DNA of 64,000 bases from Anaerolineales bacterium (lineage in GTDB: Bacteria > Chloroflexota > Anaerolineae > Anaerolineales > UBA11579), in assembly GCA_035291465.1 (NCBI GenBank), contig DATDRZ010000048.1:630-64629 (forward strand), given 5' to 3'. A program made the translations under genes and the position numbers. Below are positions 35,833 through 43,364 of the stretch, in pieces (position 1 is the stretch's first letter; the number at the start of each line of letters is the position of its first letter). The notes beneath the pieces are model-generated. The model ran no database searches, had not been told where the DNA came from, and saw only the letters and a program-made list of their open reading frames with translations.

Positions 35833-37008
35833 CTAATAAACAGGCTGGGTGGGATCGACCTGCCGCGCCCAGGCATTGATGCCGCCCACGAGATTCTTCA
35901 CCTTTCTGAATCCGGCCAAGCGCATTAACTGCACGGCTCGACCGGAACGAGAGCCCGTGCGGCAAAAGACTACGAAATCGTCAGCCGTATCCAGTTCGGA
36001 GAGGTGGGCGGGCAGTTGGCCCAAGGGCATTAACTCTGCCCCGGCGATCTGGGAAATATTGAGCTCGTGAGGTTCGCGCACGTCCAGCAGCCTCGGTTTA
36101 TTTCCATTCCTCATTTGCTCAGCAAGCTCATTAGGCGAAATCTCATACTGCGACTCCATGGACACCTCTTCGTGGTCATGCGCGGGAACCCCACAGAAGG
36201 CTTCGTAATCGATCAGTTCAATTTCCTCGGCCGGCAGGCTGCAAACGGCGCAATTTGGATTCTTGCGCAGCTTCACAAAATCGAAGTGCATATCCAGGGC
36301 GTTGTAAAGAAGGAGTTTCCCAACCAACGGCTCGCCGATACCCAGCAACAGTTTCAACCCCTCACTCGCCTGCAGCGAACCGATAATCCCGGGAAGCACA
36401 CCCAGCACTCCGCCTTCCGCGCAGGAGGGCACCGTGCCGGGAGGCGGCGGCTCTGGGAACAGGCAGCGGTAGCAGGGTCCTCGCCTGGCATCGAAAACAG
36501 AGACCTGGCCATCAAAGCGAAAAATGGATCCGTAGACGTTGGGAATGCCCAGCTTCACACACACATCGTTGACCAGGTAGCGCGTCGGAAAATTATCCGT
36601 GCCGTCGATGATCAAGTCGTATCCTTCGGCGATACGCAGCGCATTCGAGGAGGTAAACGGTTCGTTATAGATATCCACCTGGATATCAGGATTGATATCC
36701 AGGACTCTGTCGCGCGCCGACTCAACCTTAAAAGTATTCAGCCGCGAGCTGCCATGGATAATCTGACGCTGGAGGTTGGAAAACTCCACCACGTCGTAAT
36801 CGACAAGACCGATTCGCCCCACTCCAGCAGCGGCCAGATACATGGCCACCGGCGATCCCAGGCCCCCAGTGCCAATGACAAGTACCGAGGAGGCCTTCAG
36901 CTTGCGCTGACCTTCAAGGCCGACTTCGGGAATCAGCAGGTGGCGCGAATATCGCAGAACCTCATCATGCGTGAGATCGGTGGGGCTTGGCATAGGATTC
37001 AAGATCAT
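35833..37008 (-). CDS. moeZ: MoeZ-type adenylyltransferase/sulfurtransferase (ThiF/MoeB E1 + rhodanese)
   Basis: GTGGLGSPVAMYLAAAGVG, CYRC...CAVC, C-terminal rhodanese with active-site CRTGSRS. Confidence 0.88.
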   Translation of the reverse strand: MILNPMPSPTDLTHDEVLRYSRHLLIPEVGLEGQRKLKASSVLVIGTGGLGSPVAMYLAAAGVGRIGLVDYDVVEFSNLQRQIIHGSSRLNTFKVESARDRVLDINPDIQVDIYNEPFTSSNALRIAEGYDLIIDGTDNFPTRYLVNDVCVKLGIPNVYGSIFRFDGQVSVFDARRGPCYRCLFPEPPPPGTVPSCAEGGVLGVLPGIIGSLQASEGLKLLLGIGEPLVGKLLLYNALDMHFDFVKLRKNPNCAVCSLPAEEIELIDYEAFCGVPAHDHEEVSMESQYEISPNELAEQMRNGNKPRLLDVREPHELNISQIAGAELMPLGQLPAHLSELDTADDFVVFCRTGSRSGRAVQLMRLAGFRKVKNLVGGINAWARQVDPTQPVY

Positions 37009-37496
37009 ATCAAACTCCGATTATTTTTCTTTTCGGTAATTGGCGAATGGATTTGTTCGAGTTCCAAATTTCTTGCCAGGCGCCTGCCTTCGGCAGTTTC
37101 CAATTGGCCGCGCAGTTTCTCCGCCGAGGCAACCCCGTGATTCACACCGCGCGGCCGTCCTTTGGAATCGATGATGAAAGTCGTCGGCACGCTAAGTACG
37201 CCCCAGTAATTTGCCAGGTCAGGTCGCTGGGCCGCATCCACTTGTATAACCTGTACCTGGTCGCGCAGTTCCTCGCTCAGGCGCTTCAGCGCCGGCTGCT
37301 GCTGGGCCTTGCAAGGTTGGCAATTGGGTGCGGTGAAGTACAAGATTGCAGGCGTTCCGGGGAGCCGGTTTTCGAGGCCATGGGTTGCCTTGCGGACCCG
37401 CCTTAACATGAGAACGTTGAATGCCCAATAGGCGCTGATCGCGATCAAAGCAATCCCTGCCGCCCAGACAGCCCGAATAAAGAGCTCAGCCATCAA
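37005..37496 (-). CDS. membrane-anchored thioredoxin-fold protein
   Basis: N-terminal TM, then YFTAPNCQPCK (CxxC). Overlaps both neighbours by 4 nt. Confidence 0.8.
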   Translation of the reverse strand: MMAELFIRAVWAAGIALIAISAYWAFNVLMLRRVRKATHGLENRLPGTPAILYFTAPNCQPCKAQQQPALKRLSEELRDQVQVIQVDAAQRPDLANYWGVLSVPTTFIIDSKGRPRGVNHGVASAEKLRGQLETAEGRRLARNLELEQIHSPITEKKNNRSLI

Positions 37497-38233
37497 CCCG
37501 CCTTAGGTCTAAGGCCGGGAAAAGTTCCGTCGGGAGGAGCTTTCACGAAACCTGGAACATGCAATCGATTCAACCAGTAATACACCATGCAGCCGGCGCA
37601 AAAACCGACGAACAGGTTGATCGCCGCCAGGAATATAACCAGCCATACCAAGGCCCAGCCCGCAACAGGAGCGCCGCCGGCCAATAAGGCTAAACCAAGC
37701 AGTTGAACGACGGCCCCGAACCCTTGTGCAAACCGGTGCGGTTCCATATTGTCCGTCAGAACATCAGGTTTCAGCCAGCCGCGCAGCCAACGGCGGTAAA
37801 CGAAGGCAAAGGCAGGAACTTTGAGCAATGTTCCAACCAGCATCGCCAGGCCCGCTATTCCGGCGAGCCAGGGTGCGTCGGAAACATAAGCCGCAATGCT
37901 GATGCCGATTATGAAGGCCTGATTGGTGCGCAGGGCGGCATGGTCCACGGTTTGCAGCGGAGTACCCCCCGCGATGCTGGGCAAGATCATCAGGCTGTCT
38001 CCCGGTTTTAATTGGGTATCGGGCCCGTACAGGTCGCGCACATTCTCGTCGTTCACGAAGAGATTGACGAAGGCGCGCAGCTCTCCCGACTCGGTGAAGA
38101 GGTGCGTTTTCAGTTGTGGGAAAGCAGCCACGAGTTCGTCCAGAGCACCTGACACGGTTCCTGATCTCACTTCCAATTGGGCTTTTCCATCTGTAAAGGG
38201 ACGCAGAGGACTCGGGATTTTTAGCGTGGTCAT
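37493..38233 (-). CDS. cysO: CysO/MoaD/ThiS-like sulfur carrier fused to DUF4395-like membrane domain
   Basis: Residues 1-90 form a beta-grasp ending LMILPSIAGG. Residues 91-246 form 4 TM helices ending FVGFCAGCMVYYW. Confidence 0.72.
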   Translation of the reverse strand: MTTLKIPSPLRPFTDGKAQLEVRSGTVSGALDELVAAFPQLKTHLFTESGELRAFVNLFVNDENVRDLYGPDTQLKPGDSLMILPSIAGGTPLQTVDHAALRTNQAFIIGISIAAYVSDAPWLAGIAGLAMLVGTLLKVPAFAFVYRRWLRGWLKPDVLTDNMEPHRFAQGFGAVVQLLGLALLAGGAPVAGWALVWLVIFLAAINLFVGFCAGCMVYYWLNRLHVPGFVKAPPDGTFPGLRPKAG

Positions 38234-38234
38234 T

Positions 38235-38687
38235 TCATCGACTCCTTGACTCGGTTATTTCTGTTTCCATTCGAATTTCCTCCTCCACAAACCCGGCGCG
38301 ATCATCACTGAGTCGCCAGGATCGGGTTTCCCCAGCCTTCCCATCTTGCACGCTGGTGATTAGGTAGCTAAACCAGGGCATGGCCCATTCGCGGTCGAAT
38401 TCCGAGGCTTGCGCGGGATGGTCGGGGTGGGAATGGAAAATACCAACCAAATCCAAGCCTAGGCGCTGGGCGGATTCTTCAGCGCGCAACACCTCCCGCG
38501 GCAAAAGGAGGTAGCGATTACCTCGCGCGGCCTCCTCCCGGCTGTTTTCGGCCGGCAGGATTGACATCAGGAAGCGGCGTTCGCCTTCCACGCGACCAAG
38601 CAGGAAACCTGCACCCTCTTCAGGATAAGCCGCCTCTCCATGAGCACGAATCCGGTTCATGAGGTCAATAGGTATGTGCAGCTTCAT
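38235..38687 (-). CDS. mec: JAMM/MPN+ metalloprotease (Mec+-like)
   Basis: YPEEGAGFLLG ... HSHPDHPAQASEFD is the E...HxHx7Sx2D JAMM motif. Confidence 0.88.
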   Translation of the reverse strand: MKLHIPIDLMNRIRAHGEAAYPEEGAGFLLGRVEGERRFLMSILPAENSREEAARGNRYLLLPREVLRAEESAQRLGLDLVGIFHSHPDHPAQASEFDREWAMPWFSYLITSVQDGKAGETRSWRLSDDRAGFVEEEIRMETEITESRSR

Positions 38688-39634
38688 TTTTCAAACCCCC
38701 AAAAAGTCTGGCTGAGATATTTATAACCCGTATCAGGGAACACAGTCACCACGATCCCTACTTCCAAGTCCTTCGCCACGCGCTGTGCGGCCACTGCCGC
38801 CGCACCCGAGGACACGCCTACGAACAAACCCTCTTCGCGAGCGATGCGCTTTGTCATCTCGTATGCCTCTTCGCTGCTGATCCCCAGCACTTCGTCCGCC
38901 AGTTCTGAATCGTAGATGCCCGGCAATATCGAGGTGCGCAAGTGCTTTAGGCCTTCCAGTCCATGGAAGGGGCCGTCAGGCTGGACACCGATCAGTTGGA
39001 TCGCCGGATTATGCTCGCGCAGATATCGTCCTGCACCCATCATGGTTCCAGTGGTGCCAAGACCAGCCACAAAATGCGTGACCGCACCGGCTGTCTGCCG
39101 CCAGATCTCAGGACCTGTGCTTTGGTAGTGCGCCTGCCAATTGGCCGGATTGTTGTACTGATCAGCAAAGAAATACCTCTCGGGGTTTTGTTCCAACAAC
39201 CTTCTCGCCAACAACAAAGCTCCGTCCGTCCCTTCAAGCGCATCGCTCCGGTGCAGCTCCGCTCCTAATGCGGCAAGTATCTTCAGTCTTTCCGGGCTGG
39301 CGGACGCGGGAATGGCCAATGCCACGCGGATGCCCAACGAGGCTCCCAAAGTCGCGTAGCTGATGCCCATATTGCCGGATGTCGAATCCAGCAGGATCTT
39401 GCCATTGCCGAGCTGGCCATCAGCCAGCGCTCGGCGAATGATATTGGCCGCCGGCCGATCCTTCACCGATCCGCCGGGGTTGAACCATTCCGCTTTGGCG
39501 AAGAGCCGGACGCCGGCCGGCGGCTCTGCGCCTAGCCTGGCGAGTGGCAGCAGGGGTGTGTTGCCCACCGCATCCAACAAACCGGAGCTGAGCGTCTTGC
39601 GATTGAGGCGAAGTTTCGTTTGTGTAGTTACCAT
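38684..39634 (-). CDS. cysM: cysteine synthase B-type (CysM, sulfur-carrier dependent)
   Basis: Start set at ATG 39634 (MVTTQTK...). NPGGSVKDRPA (PLP Lys), TSGNMGIS. Confidence 0.88.
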   Translation of the reverse strand: MVTTQTKLRLNRKTLSSGLLDAVGNTPLLPLARLGAEPPAGVRLFAKAEWFNPGGSVKDRPAANIIRRALADGQLGNGKILLDSTSGNMGISYATLGASLGIRVALAIPASASPERLKILAALGAELHRSDALEGTDGALLLARRLLEQNPERYFFADQYNNPANWQAHYQSTGPEIWRQTAGAVTHFVAGLGTTGTMMGAGRYLREHNPAIQLIGVQPDGPFHGLEGLKHLRTSILPGIYDSELADEVLGISSEEAYEMTKRIAREEGLFVGVSSGAAAVAAQRVAKDLEVGIVVTVFPDTGYKYLSQTFWGFEK

Positions 39635-39651
39635 TTCAAACCAAAACAAAA

Positions 39652-39745
39652 GCGGCCAACAGGAAACAAAAAACGGGCTTGCCGACTGGCATGCAACCTA
39701 GACATGCATGCGGGGGTGGCAACCGCCCGTTCTTCTGTTGGCCGC
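39652..39745 (-). promoter_or_regulatory. nested terminator-type hairpin in the cysM leader (putative attenuator expression platform)
   Basis: Outer stem GCGGCCAACAG/CTGTTGGCCGC (11 bp). Inner stem AACGGGC(GG)TTGCC/GGCAAGCCCGTT. Apical stem GCATGCA/TGCATGC. The inner stem is followed by TTTTGTTT and the outer stem by TTTTGTTTTGG. Confidence 0.55.
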
Positions 39746-39770
39746 TTAGCGGGTCAGATGGTCTGGGCGG

Positions 39771-39815
39771 TTAGCTTCCCCGCCCCAAACACAAGCAAGT
39801 GTTTTGAGTACGCAT
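39771..39815 (-). CDS. candidate 14-codon leader peptide MRTQNTCLCLGRGS
   Basis: ATG CGT ACT CAA AAC ACT TGC TTG TGT TTG GGG CGG GGA AGC TAA. Two Cys codons. The stop sits in the loop between complementary GGGGCGGGG and CCGCCC. No SD. Confidence 0.35.
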   Translation of the reverse strand: MRTQNTCLCLGRGS

Positions 39816-39837
39816 ATTCTAGAATTAAGTCTTACAA

Positions 39838-39865
39838 ATTATAAGGGCGGATTTCCAAGTGTCAA
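39838..39865 (-). promoter_or_regulatory. consensus sigma70-type promoter of the cys operon
   Basis: Minus strand TTGACA (39865-39860), 16 nt spacer, TATAAT (39843-39838). Confidence 0.6.
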
Positions 39866-40167
39866 GGGGCAATGCTTAAGAGTGTGGCCCGACTTGTCTA
39901 CTAAGCCATGGAATTGTTCCCACACACGCGTGCCGATCCAGTCCCTGCACGATTCACCACGGCACCTACGGTCTGCGCCCGGATCTGGCGCCTGGCGCCG
40001 TCCCTTCGCTATCCTTTCGATAAAGGATAGTTCAGGGCAGGCTCCGAACCGGCTCAGCCTGATCGAGAAGGCGGAGTCCACCCTTTAAATCAGGTCCACC
40101 TGGAACGGGATGCGCGCATCCCCAGCGGCAAAGAGGCGATGCCGCTGGGAATTCCTCCTGAAATCTC

Positions 40168-40199
40168 CGCAAAAGAAGAGGCGGCTTTCGCCGCCTCCT
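40168..40199 (-). terminator. intrinsic terminator of ilvE
   Basis: Minus strand GAGGCGGC-GAAA-GCCGCCTC followed by TTCTTTTG. Confidence 0.75.
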
Positions 40200-40223
40200 T
40201 GGTTCGTTCCGCGATCAGACGTT

Positions 40224-41165
40224 TTACGAGTTCACGACCATTTTCTCGTAGACCGCCTGGTTCCAGTGGCGGTATTTCTTGAGTTTGCCTCGCACCGCAT
40301 CACTGTAAAGCTCGCGCAGCTTGGCTGTGAGCGGGCCCATCTTGCCGTCGGCGATCTGCCTATGATCGACCCTGGTGATGGCAGTCACCTGGGCTGCCGT
40401 TCCAGTGAGGAAAAGCTCGTCGCTAATGTACACCTCGGTGCGATCAATCGAACGCTCGCGAACTTCGAGGTTCAATTCGTTGCGAGCCAGTTCGATGACC
40501 GAGCGGCGCGTGATGCCCTCGAGAATGTTATCGGTGATAGGCGGGGTAATCAGCACGCCGTCGCGCACCATAAAGAAGTTTTCAGCGCTGCCTTCGGAGA
40601 TATGGCCGTCCTGGTTCAATACCAGGGCCTCATCAAAGCCGGAGCGGACTGCATCGGACTTGATAAAGGCCGTATTCACATAGGCGCCGGCGATCTTGCC
40701 GCGGGCGGGGATGGAGTTATCGTCCACACGGCGCCAGGAAGAAACCGTAACATGTGCGCCGGTATCGTTGGATACGTATTTGTCGAATGGCACGGAGAAT
40801 ATGGTGATCTCCGTCTTTAAGTCATGCAATTTCACCCCAATGATCTCATCCGCAAAATAAATCAACGGGCGGACGTAGACGTCTTGCCGGTACCCTTCCT
40901 TCTGTAACAATTCGATGGTGATATGAACCAGTTCGTCTGGTGAATACCCCACATCCATATTCATTAGTTTGGCGGAATTCAACAATCGCTTATAGTGGTC
41001 CTGGGGACGAAAGATGAACAGCTCTTCCTCTGCCTCGCTCCAGTACCCGCGGACTCCCCCAAATGCCGCAGTACCATAATTCAAGGCATGGGTCATGACT
41101 CCGATTTTGGCATCGGAGTAAGGCACGATCTTGCCGCGAAAAAAGGCATAGTTCGGGACGGCCAA
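40224..41165 (-). CDS. ilvE: branched-chain amino acid aminotransferase
   Basis: 313 aa. GVMTHALNYGTAAFGGVRGY, class IV aminotransferase pattern, GGAGG RBS. Confidence 0.92.
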   Translation of the reverse strand: MAVPNYAFFRGKIVPYSDAKIGVMTHALNYGTAAFGGVRGYWSEAEEELFIFRPQDHYKRLLNSAKLMNMDVGYSPDELVHITIELLQKEGYRQDVYVRPLIYFADEIIGVKLHDLKTEITIFSVPFDKYVSNDTGAHVTVSSWRRVDDNSIPARGKIAGAYVNTAFIKSDAVRSGFDEALVLNQDGHISEGSAENFFMVRDGVLITPPITDNILEGITRRSVIELARNELNLEVRERSIDRTEVYISDELFLTGTAAQVTAITRVDHRQIADGKMGPLTAKLRELYSDAVRGKLKKYRHWNQAVYEKMVVNS

Positions 41166-41518
41166 GAAACACCTCCAGCTAGGTTAGTCGCCTATAAGCC
41201 AGGCGGGCCATGATTCAGGGGCCATTTCATTATAACGTATGGCGTCAACCGGTTTTCATTAATATGAAGCTTGGTGATTAATGACGCGGAAAAATGAGGA
41301 CAAAAGACGGCCCTTGGTTATCTCATAAACGTTATTGGTCCGCAACGCGTCGAATGAGCAGGTTTCCGGCATTGTCCTGCAATGTATGGGCGGGTCTGGT
41401 TCCTTGCACTCATCCCGATACCCAAAACGCGACTAGACCCGCCCGTTCAATCGCACCTGTCCTATCCGGGCCTATTGATGAAACAGCTTCTAGAAATCGG
41501 GGCATCAACGCATCAGAA

Positions 41519-41640
41519 CCTTGCGAAGGTCATGGAAAGCTTTGCTTTCCGCAGTTGCGAGAGCCTGTCCCGAGCGAGCCACCTTGGTGGCGACAAGGGA
41601 AGGCCGAAGGCCGACGAAGCAATCCGCGACCTTCGCAAGG
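41519..41640 (+). other. 122-nt structured element (13-bp closing stem) in the leader of the 41689 operon
   Basis: CCTTGCGAAGGTC (41519-31) pairs perfectly with GACCTTCGCAAGG (41628-40). Internal hairpins GGAAAGC/GCTTTCC, GCCAC/GTGGC and GGCC-GAA-GGCC. It ends 48 nt before the ATG. Confidence 0.4.
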
Positions 41641-41688
41641 CTGAACTCTATTGGGAGTACAATGCAAATTCTCTGAGGAGGATCTCCC

Positions 41689-42588
41689 ATGAAGCGAGCC
41701 GTCAGCATCAGCATAGGATCGTCGAAACGCGACAAAGCGGTGGAAGTTGAATTATTGGGGGAAAGAGTGCGTATCGAACGCATCGGCACCGATGGTGATA
41801 TGGGGAGGGCCGCGGAAAAATTCAAGGAATTGGACGGAAAAGTGGACGCCTTCGGACTTGGCGGAGCCGATCTCGGTATCTTGGTGGCAGACAAGTTCTA
41901 CCCCCTCTATTCCGTTCGCCCGATGGTACGCCATGTCCATATGACGCCTTTGGTAGATGGCGAAGGTTTGAAAAACACGCTGGAAAATCGCGCGGTCAAA
42001 GCTATGCATTCTAAGATTGGCGATTACATCAAGGAGAAAAAGGCGCTTATCACCAGCGGAGCCGATCGCTGGGGAATGACCACCTCCTTCGAAGATGCCG
42101 GCTACGAATGCGTTTTCGGCGACCTGATGTTTGGCCTGGGACTCCCGATCCCGCTGCATTCATCGAAAACCATCAAGTGGATTGCCCCAATCATCATGCC
42201 CATCGCCGGGAGGCTCCCATTCAAATGGATATACCCCACCGGCGAGAAGCAGGAGGTGCGCGAGCCAAAATGGGAAAAATATTATCAATGGGCAACCGTG
42301 ATCGCCGGCGACATGCACTATGTGCGGCGCCACATCCCCGAGAGCCTGCCGGGCAAAATCGTGGTCACGAACACCACCACGACAAGCGATGTTGATTTGC
42401 TTCGCAAGATCGGCATCAAATATCTGGTTACCACCACCCCTGTGATGGATGGCCGCTCCTTCGGAACGAATATGTTGGAGGCCGCATTAATCGCTGCATC
42501 CGGCAAAGGCCGGAAACTTTCGCACGCTGAACTTAACGAACTGATCGATCAACTCAAGCTCGAGCCTCAGATCCAGGAGTTAAATTGA
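41689..42588 (+). CDS. conserved protein of the family usually auto-annotated 'quinate 5-dehydrogenase' (function unproven)
   Basis: GAGGAGG RBS. MKRAVSISIGSSKRD...IERIGTDGD...ELDGKVDAFGLGGADL matches my recollection of that family. Confidence 0.7.
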   Translation: MKRAVSISIGSSKRDKAVEVELLGERVRIERIGTDGDMGRAAEKFKELDGKVDAFGLGGADLGILVADKFYPLYSVRPMVRHVHMTPLVDGEGLKNTLENRAVKAMHSKIGDYIKEKKALITSGADRWGMTTSFEDAGYECVFGDLMFGLGLPIPLHSSKTIKWIAPIIMPIAGRLPFKWIYPTGEKQEVREPKWEKYYQWATVIAGDMHYVRRHIPESLPGKIVVTNTTTTSDVDLLRKIGIKYLVTTTPVMDGRSFGTNMLEAALIAASGKGRKLSHAELNELIDQLKLEPQIQELN

Positions 42589-43364
42589 TATTTGATGCGC
42601 TGGTAACCGCCGGCGGGGTCCCTGAACCCGGCGAGAGTCTATACGAATTCAGCAGGGGCCGTTCGAAGGCGCTGATCGACGTCGCCGGAAAGCCCATGGT
42701 GCAATGGGTGCTGGACGCGCTCAGCAACGCCAAAACCATAGGCCGTGTGGTTGTCGTAGGCCTGGAGGAATCCAGTGGTCTGAGTTGTAGGAAGCCGCTC
42801 AGCTACCTGCCCAACCAGGGCGGCATGTTGGACAATATTCGCGGCGGGGCGCGCGAGATCGCCAGGTTAAATCCGAGAACGGAATATGTACAAATTGTTT
42901 CTTCTGACATCCCGACTGTCACCAGTGAAATGGTGGACTGGGTCAGTGAGCAGGTGCGTCCCGGTGAAGATGAAGCGCTCTACAATGTAATTGAGCGAGC
43001 GGTGATGGAAAAACGTTTCCCCGATTCGCGGCGGACATTTACCAAGCTCAAAGGGTTCGATCTTTGCGGCGGTGACCTGAATCCTGTGGCGCTACCTCTC
43101 ATCCTTTCCCATACCGGTCCCTGGGAAAAAATATCCGACGCTCGCAAAAGCTCATTGAAAATGGCGACGCTCATCGGCATCGACACCTTGATTCTTTTCC
43201 TTTTCCGCGCCATGACCCTTGAACAGGCTGCCGCCAGGGCCAGTAAGAATCTCGGTTTGCGCGCCCGCGCCGTTGTCTGCCCATACGCCGAACTCGGGAT
43301 GGATGTGGATAAGGTCCATCACTTGGAGGTCGTACGCGCTGATCTGGAGGGCAAGCGAATCTGA
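42585..43364 (+). CDS. MobA-like nucleotidyltransferase (NTP_transf_3)
   Basis: LVTAGGVPEPG...GRSKALIDVAGKPM N-terminal nucleotide-binding signature. 4-nt overlap with the upstream gene. Confidence 0.78.
   Translation: MIFDALVTAGGVPEPGESLYEFSRGRSKALIDVAGKPMVQWVLDALSNAKTIGRVVVVGLEESSGLSCRKPLSYLPNQGGMLDNIRGGAREIARLNPRTEYVQIVSSDIPTVTSEMVDWVSEQVRPGEDEALYNVIERAVMEKRFPDSRRTFTKLKGFDLCGGDLNPVALPLILSHTGPWEKISDARKSSLKMATLIGIDTLILFLFRAMTLEQAAARASKNLGLRARAVVCPYAELGMDVDKVHHLEVVRADLEGKRI

Noticed and set aside
39711-39731. Plus-strand GGGTGGCAACCGCC resembling T-box / SAM-I core strings
   Set aside because: It is on the wrong strand relative to the only downstream gene (cysM is on the minus strand). The other conserved boxes of those leaders are absent.
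40085-40110. TCAGGTCCACCTGGAAC resembling the SRP RNA domain IV string CAGGUCCGGAAGGAAGCAGC
   Set aside because: The match breaks after 8 nt. There is no GNAR tetraloop helix and no flanking SRP helices.
41294-41750. ORFs of 116 and 122 aa upstream of 41689
   Set aside because: They overlap each other and the start of the next gene. They have no RBS and an odd composition, and they coincide with the inverted-repeat structures. They are treated as leader RNA.
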